Positions 48,817-57,417 of a DNA stretch of 64,000 bases are shown piece by piece. Numbering within the stretch: the stretch's first letter is position 1; the number at the start of each line of letters is the position of its first letter. Position numbers and translations under genes: made by a program. The stretch is taken from NCBI GenBank assembly GCA_963667255.1, contig OY762940.1:1175702-1239701 (forward strand), written 5' to 3'. The notes below the pieces were generated by a model. That model saw only the letters and a list, made by a program, of their open reading frames with translations. It had not been told where the DNA came from and did not search any database. The stretch is from Candidatus Cloacimonadota bacterium. GTDB lineage: Bacteria > Cloacimonadota > Cloacimonadia > G963667145.

Positions 48817-48851
48817 AAAAAACGGAATTGAAACTCAATTCCGTTTTTTTT
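48817..48851. terminator. strong bidirectional rho-independent terminator between lysA and the low-GC cassette
   Basis: aaaaaacggaattgaaactcaattccgtttttttt. 9-bp perfect stem cggaattga/tcaattccg with A-run and T-run. Confidence 0.75.
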
Positions 48852-48932
48852 GTTATACTTGATTTAGTTTAGATATTTGGGTGGAGGGCGTTATTGGCTG
48901 TTGTATGTAGTTTAGCTTATTATATATTTTAC

Positions 48933-50216
48933 TTACTCTCCCTCATTTAGGTTAGTCTCTCTCAATAAACCTATTTCGCTTGGAATATCAAAATCATCAA
49001 CGGTTTCATTGTCATATAAGAACACAATTTTTTTTCCGCATTTATAAGCATATCCGATTTCAAGAGAGGTTTTTGTTCCTACATATTTGTCAAAGTTGCA
49101 AACTATAATCATGTCACATGTTTCAATTGCTTTTAAGTGAAGTGCTTCAACAGACCAAGTGCAACGGTTAATAATTTTATCATTTTTAAAAAGAATAAAA
49201 CCTTTCTCAGACCCAACCACTTCAGTATTTAATGGACTATCTACAGTAATACCTTGAGTTTTGAGCACGCCAATTAGCTTTGTAATTTTATCAAGTTGTT
49301 TATTAAAACTTCCGCAAATTACAACATTTTTTACCTCTTGAACATTTATTCCATCAATTAAATTTGAGTCTGAGGGAATTATTTTGTTTATCCCATATTG
49401 CATACAAATAGCTTGAGCTATTGCGGAACAAGCTCTTGCTCCATTCATCCAAGCCGGATTATTAGGCATCATATTACGCAAATCAGCAATTGTTATTTCA
49501 GAAAATATACGTTTATTCTGAATACAATAATTATCAATTGTAATCATTGATGGATGATTTTCATCATCAAAAATATTGTTTTTCTCTAAATAATATCCTG
49601 CAACGTTCATATATGTTAATTCTCCACCTGTATATATTGCAGTATCATATCTTCTATCAACAAAAGGAAGCATATTTGAAATATACTCAACTACTTCGCT
49701 TAAAGGAGTTGGGCTGTACTCTTCATTTATCGCGTTATATTTTTTTAGTATTGTTCCAACACCCAAAGATAACATTTTTCGTTCCGTTACGAAACCGTTA
49801 TTGTAAAAAATCAATTCCGTTGTTTTTCCTCCTATATTTATAATCACTAACTTATTCTTATAATCACAATTTCCTATCCATGCTTTTTCCAAATAAAATG
49901 CCTCTAATTCATGTGAAACAATATTAAAAAAAAGTCGAGTCATAGTATAAAATTCTTCAATAAAAGCTTGCTTATTAGTAAGCTCTCTAAAAATTCCTGT
50001 AGCAAACAACTTAGTATTACTACGTGTAAGTGATAATTCTTCTATCGTTTCATTAAAAAACGAGTACATGTTTTCTTTATTCAGACTTGATAAACCTATC
50101 GCTGAGTCAAATTCATCCTTAAAATCAAATGTTTTCGCTTTAATAAGTTTTACTCTTACCCCATCATGTGTATATATTTTTACAGTTGAAGATCCTACAT
50201 CAATTAAATATTTCAT
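48933..50216 (-). CDS. two-domain protein: Ppx/GppA-like ASKHA domain + C-terminal nucleoside 2-deoxyribosyltransferase (NDT/Rcl)-like domain (cassette gene B)
   Basis: ATG 50216 with AAGGA RBS; the ORF-track TTG 50261 is less likely. Ppx/GppA phosphate-1 motif YLIDVGSSTVKIY. Phosphate-2-like VIINIGGKTTELIF. AIYTGGE. C-terminal GTKTSLEIGYAYKCGKKIVFL resembles the DSGTAFEIGYA...GKP motif of NDT-fold enzymes. GC visibly lower than flanking genes. Confidence 0.6.
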   Translation of the reverse strand: MKYLIDVGSSTVKIYTHDGVRVKLIKAKTFDFKDEFDSAIGLSSLNKENMYSFFNETIEELSLTRSNTKLFATGIFRELTNKQAFIEEFYTMTRLFFNIVSHELEAFYLEKAWIGNCDYKNKLVIINIGGKTTELIFYNNGFVTERKMLSLGVGTILKKYNAINEEYSPTPLSEVVEYISNMLPFVDRRYDTAIYTGGELTYMNVAGYYLEKNNIFDDENHPSMITIDNYCIQNKRIFSEITIADLRNMMPNNPAWMNGARACSAIAQAICMQYGINKIIPSDSNLIDGINVQEVKNVVICGSFNKQLDKITKLIGVLKTQGITVDSPLNTEVVGSEKGFILFKNDKIINRCTWSVEALHLKAIETCDMIIVCNFDKYVGTKTSLEIGYAYKCGKKIVFLYDNETVDDFDIPSEIGLLRETNLNEGE

Positions 50217-50253
50217 TTTTTCATCCTTAGTTATTGTTTTTTTCCGTAATAAG

Positions 50254-52371
50254 TTAATCAATATTTTCTATTGGCCAATATTCTTTTGGAATGAATGATA
50301 ATTGCACATCCTCAATTGGCTTTTGCCAAAATGCAATTGTTTTCCTTAAGGCATATGCATAATATATTTCGCATTTTGTCGATTCCCCTATATATCCATT
50401 ATTATATTTATTACATATAAAAAGGACATCACAATCATCTATTGCTGTTAAGTGTTCATACTCTGTGTCGGGAGAAATATCTTTTTTTAACTTTCCCTTT
50501 CGATCAAATTTTGGGCTTAATACCTTAACATCTTTCATTTCTTCCATTTTTTTACTGGCTTTATACAAGTATTTAGTTCCTTTATCATGAGTAGTCCCAC
50601 TAATTACAATATTAAAAACATACGCATTTATATTTGCACTAATAGTTAAATCGTCTTTCGGAATTACTATCTTATTATTTAGCTTATCAAGAATAGTTTC
50701 AATAATTATATGTCCAAATTTGAAGCCATGTAGTCTTTTCACCATTGTTTCATCGTCATACTCTTTTTTTAAGGACTCTAAATAATTTGCAGAAAATAAC
50801 GCTTCTCTATTATGAATTTTATATTCATCTTGAGAAAGACATTGCTCATTTGCATTTTGCTTTAGTCGATATCCCATTTCATTCATAAATTTCAATTCAC
50901 CCTTTAGTATAATCGCTTGATTAATCTTTACTCCATCTAGCGATGATTCTATTTTATTTTCTATAAATTTCTTTATTTTATTAATTGAGTTATCATCCCA
51001 TACTTCCGATGCAATATTAGTGGATACATAAGTTTGAACATCTTTTATCGTTACTAATAAATTGTACTCATGATATTCTTTTCCAGAATAATATAAAATA
51101 TCTGTGCAATGAGAACCTATATTAATTATTGCCGTCCCATCACTTAAATTTCCAAACAAACGATCAATGTTTTCAGTTGTTTTCTCTTTAGAGATAATAT
51201 TAAAATACAGATTTGTTTCTTTATAGAATTTCCGGATAACATCTTTTAACTTTTTAGGCTCATTTTCGTTAAATATTTCCCCAAATCTATAATCTACGAA
51301 AACTTTTCTCAGCATTTGAGAATCATTTTTATGTACTTTCTCTGATTGTAATAAGGATTTTACGCAAGCTATAATTTCATCGAGATGAAAATTGTCTTTA
51401 AAAACATCACAGTTATAGCTTATCATCTCAAGTTCCTTAGAATTATCTTTGTCTATAATTTCAAAAAGACGACATGATGTTGTTCCAATGTTTATAAAGT
51501 AACCTAATGGTCCAGCTACTTTTTTAGGTTTTTTATTCATATTATTTTGTTGTTTTTTTTTTTGCGTAATGCTTCCTGTTGATATGTTTCTTTTTTTGGG
51601 CAATTTATCAAATGCATTTTTTTTTAAAAACACGTGTTCTAATAATGATACAGCTGCCTTTGAAGCCATAATTTGATTTTTTTCTTTGTTCGGATTTTCT
51701 TTATTTACTCCCCAATCACAAATCGCTTTTACAATTATCCATTCGTCCATTCTTGCTTTTTTGCATGCAGCATAAGCCCCACGTCCTTCCATTTCTCCAC
51801 CAATTGCACGTGGTGCATCCTTAAAAAGTTTTTTCTTGTAGACAAGATCATCTACAACTTTATTTCCTGATAGAATCATTCCAAATTCACATTTTAATTT
51901 TCTTGAGCCACTATAGTTCTCCCATGTTTTTGAGTAATTCTTAAAAACTGATAATAATGTTTCTCCTGCCTCTGCTCTTACTCCATCAGATAGGAATTTT
52001 CCATTTGTTATTTTACCACTTTCACAATCTACCATAATTTCTGATATTAAAACATCTCCAATATGTTGCTTAGGGTTTTTTTCATTTCCGTTCTCTTTAC
52101 CAAATGCAATTCCAAGCAAAATTACAGCATCTGGTTCCCACCCTTTAATAGCCGCATTAATTGAAAATAATGCAGCTCCTGTTTTTGCTGTTCCTTTATT
52201 TTGCAATTCAAAATGAATTATATCATAATTCCCTATTTCCCCAACATTATAAAAATTGTTATCATCGGTGGCTTTAGCCCGCTGATTCTTTTCGTAATTA
52301 AAATTTTTACAATTTAGTAATGCATTTGTTTCATGATTGTTCGCCGTTACAAGTAGAAATCGTTTCTTCAT
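50254..52371 (-). CDS. three-domain protein: N-terminal PNP/MTA-nucleosidase-like domain + Ppx/GppA-like ASKHA domain + C-terminal NDT/Rcl-like domain (cassette gene A)
   Basis: ATG 52371 with AGGAG RBS; the ORF-track TTG 52389 would add 6 aa. PNP_UDP_1 signatures: FLLVTANNHETNALL, DAVILLGIAFG, AIGGEMEGRGAYAAC and IIVKAICDWG. Compare MTAN AVEMEATAIAHVC/VVRAISD. Mid-domain GYFINIGTTSCRLF and IINIGSHCTDIL (Ppx/GppA-like). C-terminal GESTKCEIYYAYALRKTIAFW (NDT-like). Confidence 0.6.
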   Translation of the reverse strand: MKKRFLLVTANNHETNALLNCKNFNYEKNQRAKATDDNNFYNVGEIGNYDIIHFELQNKGTAKTGAALFSINAAIKGWEPDAVILLGIAFGKENGNEKNPKQHIGDVLISEIMVDCESGKITNGKFLSDGVRAEAGETLLSVFKNYSKTWENYSGSRKLKCEFGMILSGNKVVDDLVYKKKLFKDAPRAIGGEMEGRGAYAACKKARMDEWIIVKAICDWGVNKENPNKEKNQIMASKAAVSLLEHVFLKKNAFDKLPKKRNISTGSITQKKKQQNNMNKKPKKVAGPLGYFINIGTTSCRLFEIIDKDNSKELEMISYNCDVFKDNFHLDEIIACVKSLLQSEKVHKNDSQMLRKVFVDYRFGEIFNENEPKKLKDVIRKFYKETNLYFNIISKEKTTENIDRLFGNLSDGTAIINIGSHCTDILYYSGKEYHEYNLLVTIKDVQTYVSTNIASEVWDDNSINKIKKFIENKIESSLDGVKINQAIILKGELKFMNEMGYRLKQNANEQCLSQDEYKIHNREALFSANYLESLKKEYDDETMVKRLHGFKFGHIIIETILDKLNNKIVIPKDDLTISANINAYVFNIVISGTTHDKGTKYLYKASKKMEEMKDVKVLSPKFDRKGKLKKDISPDTEYEHLTAIDDCDVLFICNKYNNGYIGESTKCEIYYAYALRKTIAFWQKPIEDVQLSFIPKEYWPIENID

Positions 52372-52508
52372 AAGCCATTCTCCTCTCAAAATATAGTACC
52401 TGTCTATTTAATTTCAAATTAAAATATTTTGCATTTATGTTGTTTTGTTTTTTAATATTTATCTTAATTTCCCTTCCAAATTGTACACAACATTTAAATA
52501 ACCTCAAC

Positions 52509-52544
52509 TGTGTTTATTTATCCAAATTGGGAGGGATAAACACA
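52509..52544. repeat. inverted repeat in the divergent intergenic region upstream of cassette gene A
   Basis: tgtgtttat (52509-52517) and ataaacaca (52536-52544) are perfect reverse complements. The arms extend to tatcc/ggata with a 3-nt bulge. Confidence 0.5.
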
Positions 52545-52675
52545 ATTGCCTTTATTTTCCTTTATATTTTTATTCACAATAAAAAAGTTAAGTTTTCTTT
52601 GTCAACTCATATTTCCTTGACTGATTTTTCCTTTTAATCTTCTTAAAATCACTATCTAAATCAAGGAAAATTTAA

Positions 52676-53215
52676 ATGAATTGTATAGAAATTGCCCTTA
52701 AACACATTCGCCAAGATTTGTGGGATTCGTATTTTGTTCATTCTGTTTTGGTTACGCAGATGTCTTTGGAGATTGCGGAGAATTTGAATTTGGACGAAGC
52801 AATCAAACAGTTTATCCGAGAAGCTGCTATGCTCCACGATATAGGTATCGGAGAAGTGAGTATGGACAAGAAAAATCCGCAAAACAAGCCACCATACATC
52901 ACTCACGGACTCGTTGGTTTTCGGATTTTGAGCGAATTGGGCTACCCCAAGCACGCACTCGTCTGTCGCAATCACATCGGTGTAGGGCTTACCAAGGAGA
53001 TTATCTTGCGGAACGGATTTCCTTTGCCTGCTGAGGATATGACACCATCTACCTTACCTGAAGAGATAATCACTTATGCGGACTTGTTTTTTAGCAAAAG
53101 CAATCCTTTCAAAAAGAGGAGTTTTGCCGAGGTTGTGAAGAAAATAGAAACCTACGGGCAAGAGCAATTAGACAAATTTCATCAACTGCATAAAAAATTT
53201 TCTTCGCTCAAATAA
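52676..53215 (+). CDS. HD-domain phosphohydrolase
   Basis: 179 aa. H...HD motif (AAMLHDIGIG). Downstream His residues (ITHGLVGFRIL, CRNHIGVGL). Host-like GC. Confidence 0.65.
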   Translation: MNCIEIALKHIRQDLWDSYFVHSVLVTQMSLEIAENLNLDEAIKQFIREAAMLHDIGIGEVSMDKKNPQNKPPYITHGLVGFRILSELGYPKHALVCRNHIGVGLTKEIILRNGFPLPAEDMTPSTLPEEIITYADLFFSKSNPFKKRSFAEVVKKIETYGQEQLDKFHQLHKKFSSLK

Positions 53216-53267
53216 AAAAGGCTTTCTCATCTTTCGATAAAAAAGCCTAAACTATTTTAAAAGCTAA

Positions 53268-55346
53268 TTACTTTTTAGCCTCTTTGTTTTTTTGGATTTC
53301 AGCCAAAATGTCATCTTCCAAGTTTCTCGGCACTCTCTCGTAACGGTCAAACTCGATAGAAAGCTCGGCTTTACCTTGGGTGTTAGACCTCAGAGCAGTT
53401 CCGTATCCGAAGATTTCTGACAAAGGAATCTCGCCAACTACGATGGCAAGGTGCTCCTCGTCTCTTGTCTCCAACACGGTTCCTCTTCTTTGGTTGATAC
53501 TTGTCAGCACCGCACCGCGAAATTCGATAGGAACATCGATGGAAACTTTCATCATCGGCTCAAGGATAGCAGGAACAGCTTTCTTGTAATTCTCTCTGAT
53601 GGCAGATTTTGTGGCAAGCTCAAAAGCAAGTTGTGAAGAGTCAACCGGATGGAAATCACCATCGTTGATGATCATCTTGATGCCAACAGCAGGGAAACCT
53701 GTGTAGTAGCCTTCTTCCATCATTGCATTAAACCCTTTTTCACAGCCTGGGAAATAGTTGGATGGAATAGCACCACCTTTGATATCTGTCTCGAAAACAT
53801 TGTCATCGCTACCACTTGGCGAGATAATTCCCATAATTTTAGCGTATTGACCGCGTCCACCAGATTGTTTTTTGTGGATGTATTCAAAAGGAATTTCTTT
53901 GGTAATGGTCTCACGATAAGCAACTTGAGGCTTGCCCACTTCCAATTCCACGCCATATTCTCGCTTCATTCTCTCGATGTAAACATCCAAGTGAAGCTCG
54001 CCAATGCCTTGGATAATCGTCTCGGAAGTCTCTTCGTCAAGGTAAGATTTGAAAGTCAAATCCTCTTTGGTAAACCTGTTCAAAGCCTTTGCCATATTGG
54101 TTTGAGACTTGTTGTCTTTTGGCTTGATAGACAAAGAGATAATCGGCTCAGGGATGTGAGAGGCACGCAATCTGTAGTGAATGCTTGGGTCGGTAAAGGT
54201 GTCGCCCAGTGCACAATCAACCCCGAAAATAGCACCGATATCGCCGGCTTTGAGCTCGTTCAACTCTATCATCTCGTCAGCGTGCATTTTGGCAAGTCGT
54301 CCGACTTTCACTTTTTTTCTGGTTCTGTTGTTGATAATCTCGTCGCCTTTTTTGATAGCACCTTGATACAGTCTGATGTAAGTCAGCTGACCGTATTGTT
54401 GGTTTTCCAATTTGAAAGCGTAAGCGACAGTAGGGTCGGACTCGTTCATACTTAACACAACGGTAGCATCATCGTTGTTCACATCGAAACCTTCGTTGCA
54501 GATTTCCGTAGGGTTTGGCAAATAACTTGTGATAGCCTCAAGAAGTGGTTGCACACCTTTGTTTTTGAAAGCGGAACCCATGAAAACAGGAGTAATCTTA
54601 TCGTTGATAACACCAAATCTAACGACTTTTTTTATCAGCTCGGGAGTTTCCGTCCCTTCCAATATGGCTTCTGCCAAATCGTCGTCCAACATGGAAAGTT
54701 CATCCAACATTTTTTCGCGATACTCTGCAGCTTGGTCAGCCAAGTCACTGGGGATATCTTCGTAGCGGATTTTTTCACCGTTTTCACCGTCAAAATATGT
54801 TGCTTTCATTTTTATCAAATCAACAATACCTTTGAAGTCATCTTCTTTGCCGATAGGGATTTGCATCATTATGGCGTTTCTTCCCAATTTTTCGCGTAAC
54901 ATCTCTGTCACACGGAAAGGATTTGCTCCGATTCTGTCTAATTTATTGATAAAAGCTATATTTGGCACATTGTTGCGGGACAATTGTCTATCCACAGTAA
55001 AAGACTGAGATTGCACTCCACCAACTCCGCAAAGCACTAAGATAGCACCGTCCAAAACCCTAAGAGCGTTTTCCACCTCCACGGTAAAGTCCACATGCCC
55101 GGGTGTATCGATAATATTGATGTCGGTCTCTCCCCAACTGACATAGGTAGCCGCAGAAGCTATCGTAATTCCTCTCTCTCTCTCCAACTCCATTGAGTCC
55201 ATTTTTGCTCCGACGCCGTCTTTGCCCTTAACCTCCGAGATTTTGTGTATCTTATTGCAATAGAACAAGATTCTTTCGGTAAGGGTAGTTTTGCCGGAAT
55301 CAATGTGAGCACTAATACCAATATTTCTAGTTTTTTCTAAGTTCAT
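53268..55346 (-). CDS. fusA: elongation factor G-family translational GTPase (standalone, not in a str operon context)
   Basis: 692 aa. G1 [10 protein letters not shown]3 DTPGHVDF, G4 NKLD. Domains II-V of EF-G. Could be an EF-G2 paralog. Confidence 0.7.
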   Translation of the reverse strand: MNLEKTRNIGISAHIDSGKTTLTERILFYCNKIHKISEVKGKDGVGAKMDSMELERERGITIASAATYVSWGETDINIIDTPGHVDFTVEVENALRVLDGAILVLCGVGGVQSQSFTVDRQLSRNNVPNIAFINKLDRIGANPFRVTEMLREKLGRNAIMMQIPIGKEDDFKGIVDLIKMKATYFDGENGEKIRYEDIPSDLADQAAEYREKMLDELSMLDDDLAEAILEGTETPELIKKVVRFGVINDKITPVFMGSAFKNKGVQPLLEAITSYLPNPTEICNEGFDVNNDDATVVLSMNESDPTVAYAFKLENQQYGQLTYIRLYQGAIKKGDEIINNRTRKKVKVGRLAKMHADEMIELNELKAGDIGAIFGVDCALGDTFTDPSIHYRLRASHIPEPIISLSIKPKDNKSQTNMAKALNRFTKEDLTFKSYLDEETSETIIQGIGELHLDVYIERMKREYGVELEVGKPQVAYRETITKEIPFEYIHKKQSGGRGQYAKIMGIISPSGSDDNVFETDIKGGAIPSNYFPGCEKGFNAMMEEGYYTGFPAVGIKMIINDGDFHPVDSSQLAFELATKSAIRENYKKAVPAILEPMMKVSIDVPIEFRGAVLTSINQRRGTVLETRDEEHLAIVVGEIPLSEIFGYGTALRSNTQGKAELSIEFDRYERVPRNLEDDILAEIQKNKEAKK

Positions 55347-55441
55347 ATAGCTTTTCCTTTTTGATTATCCATTATGTTGACACAACTTTTTTTTGAGGTC
55401 TTAAAAGTCAAGAGAAATTGCCGACTAATTTGACAGCGATT

Positions 55442-56287
55442 TTATTGATTAACAGTCCTTTTGGCAGTAAAAGGTGTGGCAAATTTCAACGCTCCGGTCG
55501 GGCAACTTTTTACGCAATCCCCACACCTTATACATTCAAAGTTTTTTTGATTTTCCCTTATGTCGATGTCCATTTTGCAAACGCTTTCGCATTTATGACA
55601 GTCTATACACTTGCTTTGTGAAAAATCAATTTGCAGAAAGGAGATTTTGTTGGTCAAAGCATATAGAGCTCCCAGCGGACAAACGGTTTTGCAAAAAAAT
55701 CGGTAATATCTGATGCTGAGCAACGAGAACATAACTAAGAGCGACACCTTGAAATAAAACAGCACACCGATTAATCTTTGCAGATTAGGGATTAGAAACA
55801 ACAGTGGAATGCCGGCTTCCAGAGTGCCTGCGGGGCAAATGTATTTGCAAAATGTTGGATTGCTGAGCCCAAACTCGTCTTGCCAAAAAATTGGTAGAAT
55901 GATAACAAAAATCAGCAAAATCAAATATTTGAAATAAGACAGTTTTTTGTTGAGCTTACTCTTAGCAGAGGGTATTTTATACAGCAAATCCTGATATAGC
56001 CCAAACGGGCAAACCCATCCACAAATTGCTCTTCCCAAGATGCCGCCAAAAAGCAGAATAAAACCCGAAGCATAAAAACTGAAACTGTATTTAAAGTTGG
56101 TGACAACCGATTGAAAAGCTCCGATTGGACAAGAGCCGGTAGCAGCAGGACAACTATAACAATTAAGCCCGGGAACGCACACTTTTTTGAAAGAGCCTTT
56201 ATAGATAAGCTTGGTAAAAAATCCTTTCAGATGCAAATTTTGCAAGAGAGCAAAGAAAATTTGAACAACCGTTCTTCTATCCGACAC
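55442..56287 (-). CDS. NapH/MauN-like polyferredoxin-type membrane protein (4Fe-4S binding)
   Basis: GTG start. CxxxCP motif (NCYSCPAATGSCP). 4 TM helices. Two C-terminal ferredoxin motifs (CIDCHKCESVC, CIRCGDCVKSC). Confidence 0.65.
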   Translation of the reverse strand: MSDRRTVVQIFFALLQNLHLKGFFTKLIYKGSFKKVCVPGLNCYSCPAATGSCPIGAFQSVVTNFKYSFSFYASGFILLFGGILGRAICGWVCPFGLYQDLLYKIPSAKSKLNKKLSYFKYLILLIFVIILPIFWQDEFGLSNPTFCKYICPAGTLEAGIPLLFLIPNLQRLIGVLFYFKVSLLVMFSLLSIRYYRFFCKTVCPLGALYALTNKISFLQIDFSQSKCIDCHKCESVCKMDIDIRENQKNFECIRCGDCVKSCPTGALKFATPFTAKRTVNQ

Positions 56288-56408
56288 CGATGCACTCCAA
56301 GCAGATATTGATTGCCTTCAAAAATACAGAGAGATGTTCAAGCCTGTAGAAACCGAAAACAACGAAGAGAAGAGCAATCAGAAGAAACAGAAAACCTCTT
56401 TTCATTAT

Positions 56409-57395
56409 CTATTTTAAAAGTTTCTCTATGTTTCTTTTGTATCCTTCGACATCCGCTCCAACAATTATCTCTCCTACAACAACGCTGTTTCTATTTACAA
56501 AAAAAGTGGTAGGGACAGCAGAAATAAATCTCAAAACTTTATCGTTCATGCCACTGTTCGGGACAAGGTTAGTGAAGTCAATCTTGAGCTTCTTCACCAT
56601 TGATATAGCGGTTTCTTCGTTATTGTTGGCATCGATTACTATTCCCACGATAGCAAAATCTTCATATTCGTCGTTTAGCTCGATTAGCTCCGGCATCTCT
56701 TTTATACACGGATTGCAATAAGTCCCCCAAACATTTACCATAGTGATTTTGTTTTGTTTGAACAAATCCAAGGAGTTTACCGCATTTCCCTCTAAATCTT
56801 CAGCCTGAAAATCTATTTTGCCACTGAGAGAATTAGCTGGGTTTCCAGGTTGCTCGGGATTTTTCGGAGTAAATGTTTTCACAGACTTTCTTATTTTATC
56901 AAAAATCGAAAAATATTGTTTGTATTTTTCTCCGTAATTTTCGTCTATCCCTTGGGAATTATCGGCTTTGCAAAAGAGGATATTGTATTTTTCGTTTTTT
57001 CCAATTTTTTTCAATTTGTCCCAGTTTTCAGTCTTCAAATTTTCAAATTGCGAAGAGCTATTTTCACAAACAACAATTCTACTCAAACTATAGGATTCCG
57101 CCAAAATCTGAGGTAGTGTTTCAAGACTTAACTTGTTGTCTTTCGCTAGATTTTCTCTTATTTTTTTGGCATCGTCTGGCATAAAATAGAAAGCAATCTC
57201 AAAATAATCGCCGTTGTTATCCGATTTCTGAATGGGAACGATGATGATATCTTGTGCTTTGTTCCACTCTTCGGGAATCTCAAAACTAAACCCCATGACA
57301 TCAACGGGAATTTTGGTCATTTTGATATTGTCCGCTTTTGAGCTACAGCCCAACAAAAAAAGTAAAAATATCGAGAAGATTCTTAAAAATTTCAT
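56409..57395 (-). CDS. TlpA/ResA-like thiol-disulfide oxidoreductase lipoprotein
   Basis: Lipobox LLGC. Thioredoxin CxxC active site (WGTYCNPC) in the C-terminal domain. Confidence 0.7.
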   Translation of the reverse strand: MKFLRIFSIFLLFLLGCSSKADNIKMTKIPVDVMGFSFEIPEEWNKAQDIIIVPIQKSDNNGDYFEIAFYFMPDDAKKIRENLAKDNKLSLETLPQILAESYSLSRIVVCENSSSQFENLKTENWDKLKKIGKNEKYNILFCKADNSQGIDENYGEKYKQYFSIFDKIRKSVKTFTPKNPEQPGNPANSLSGKIDFQAEDLEGNAVNSLDLFKQNKITMVNVWGTYCNPCIKEMPELIELNDEYEDFAIVGIVIDANNNEETAISMVKKLKIDFTNLVPNSGMNDKVLRFISAVPTTFFVNRNSVVVGEIIVGADVEGYKRNIEKLLK

Positions 57396-57417
57396 AACAC
57401 CTCTTTTAAATAAAAAT

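Noticed and set aside
48933-52371. The two cassette genes could be ordinary exopolyphosphatase/GppA (ppx) housekeeping genes.
   Set aside because: Canonical Ppx/GppA is a stand-alone protein of about 300-500 aa without PNP or NDT fusions. Here both genes carry extra C-terminal NDT-like domains and one has an N-terminal PNP-like domain. The locus is compositionally foreign. They are kept as a candidate novel system, but this alternative is listed as what would refute it.
53215-53268. Possible terminator between convergent HD gene and EF-G gene (aggcttt...aaagcct).
   Set aside because: Only a 7-bp stem with a 16-nt loop. Too weak to call confidently.
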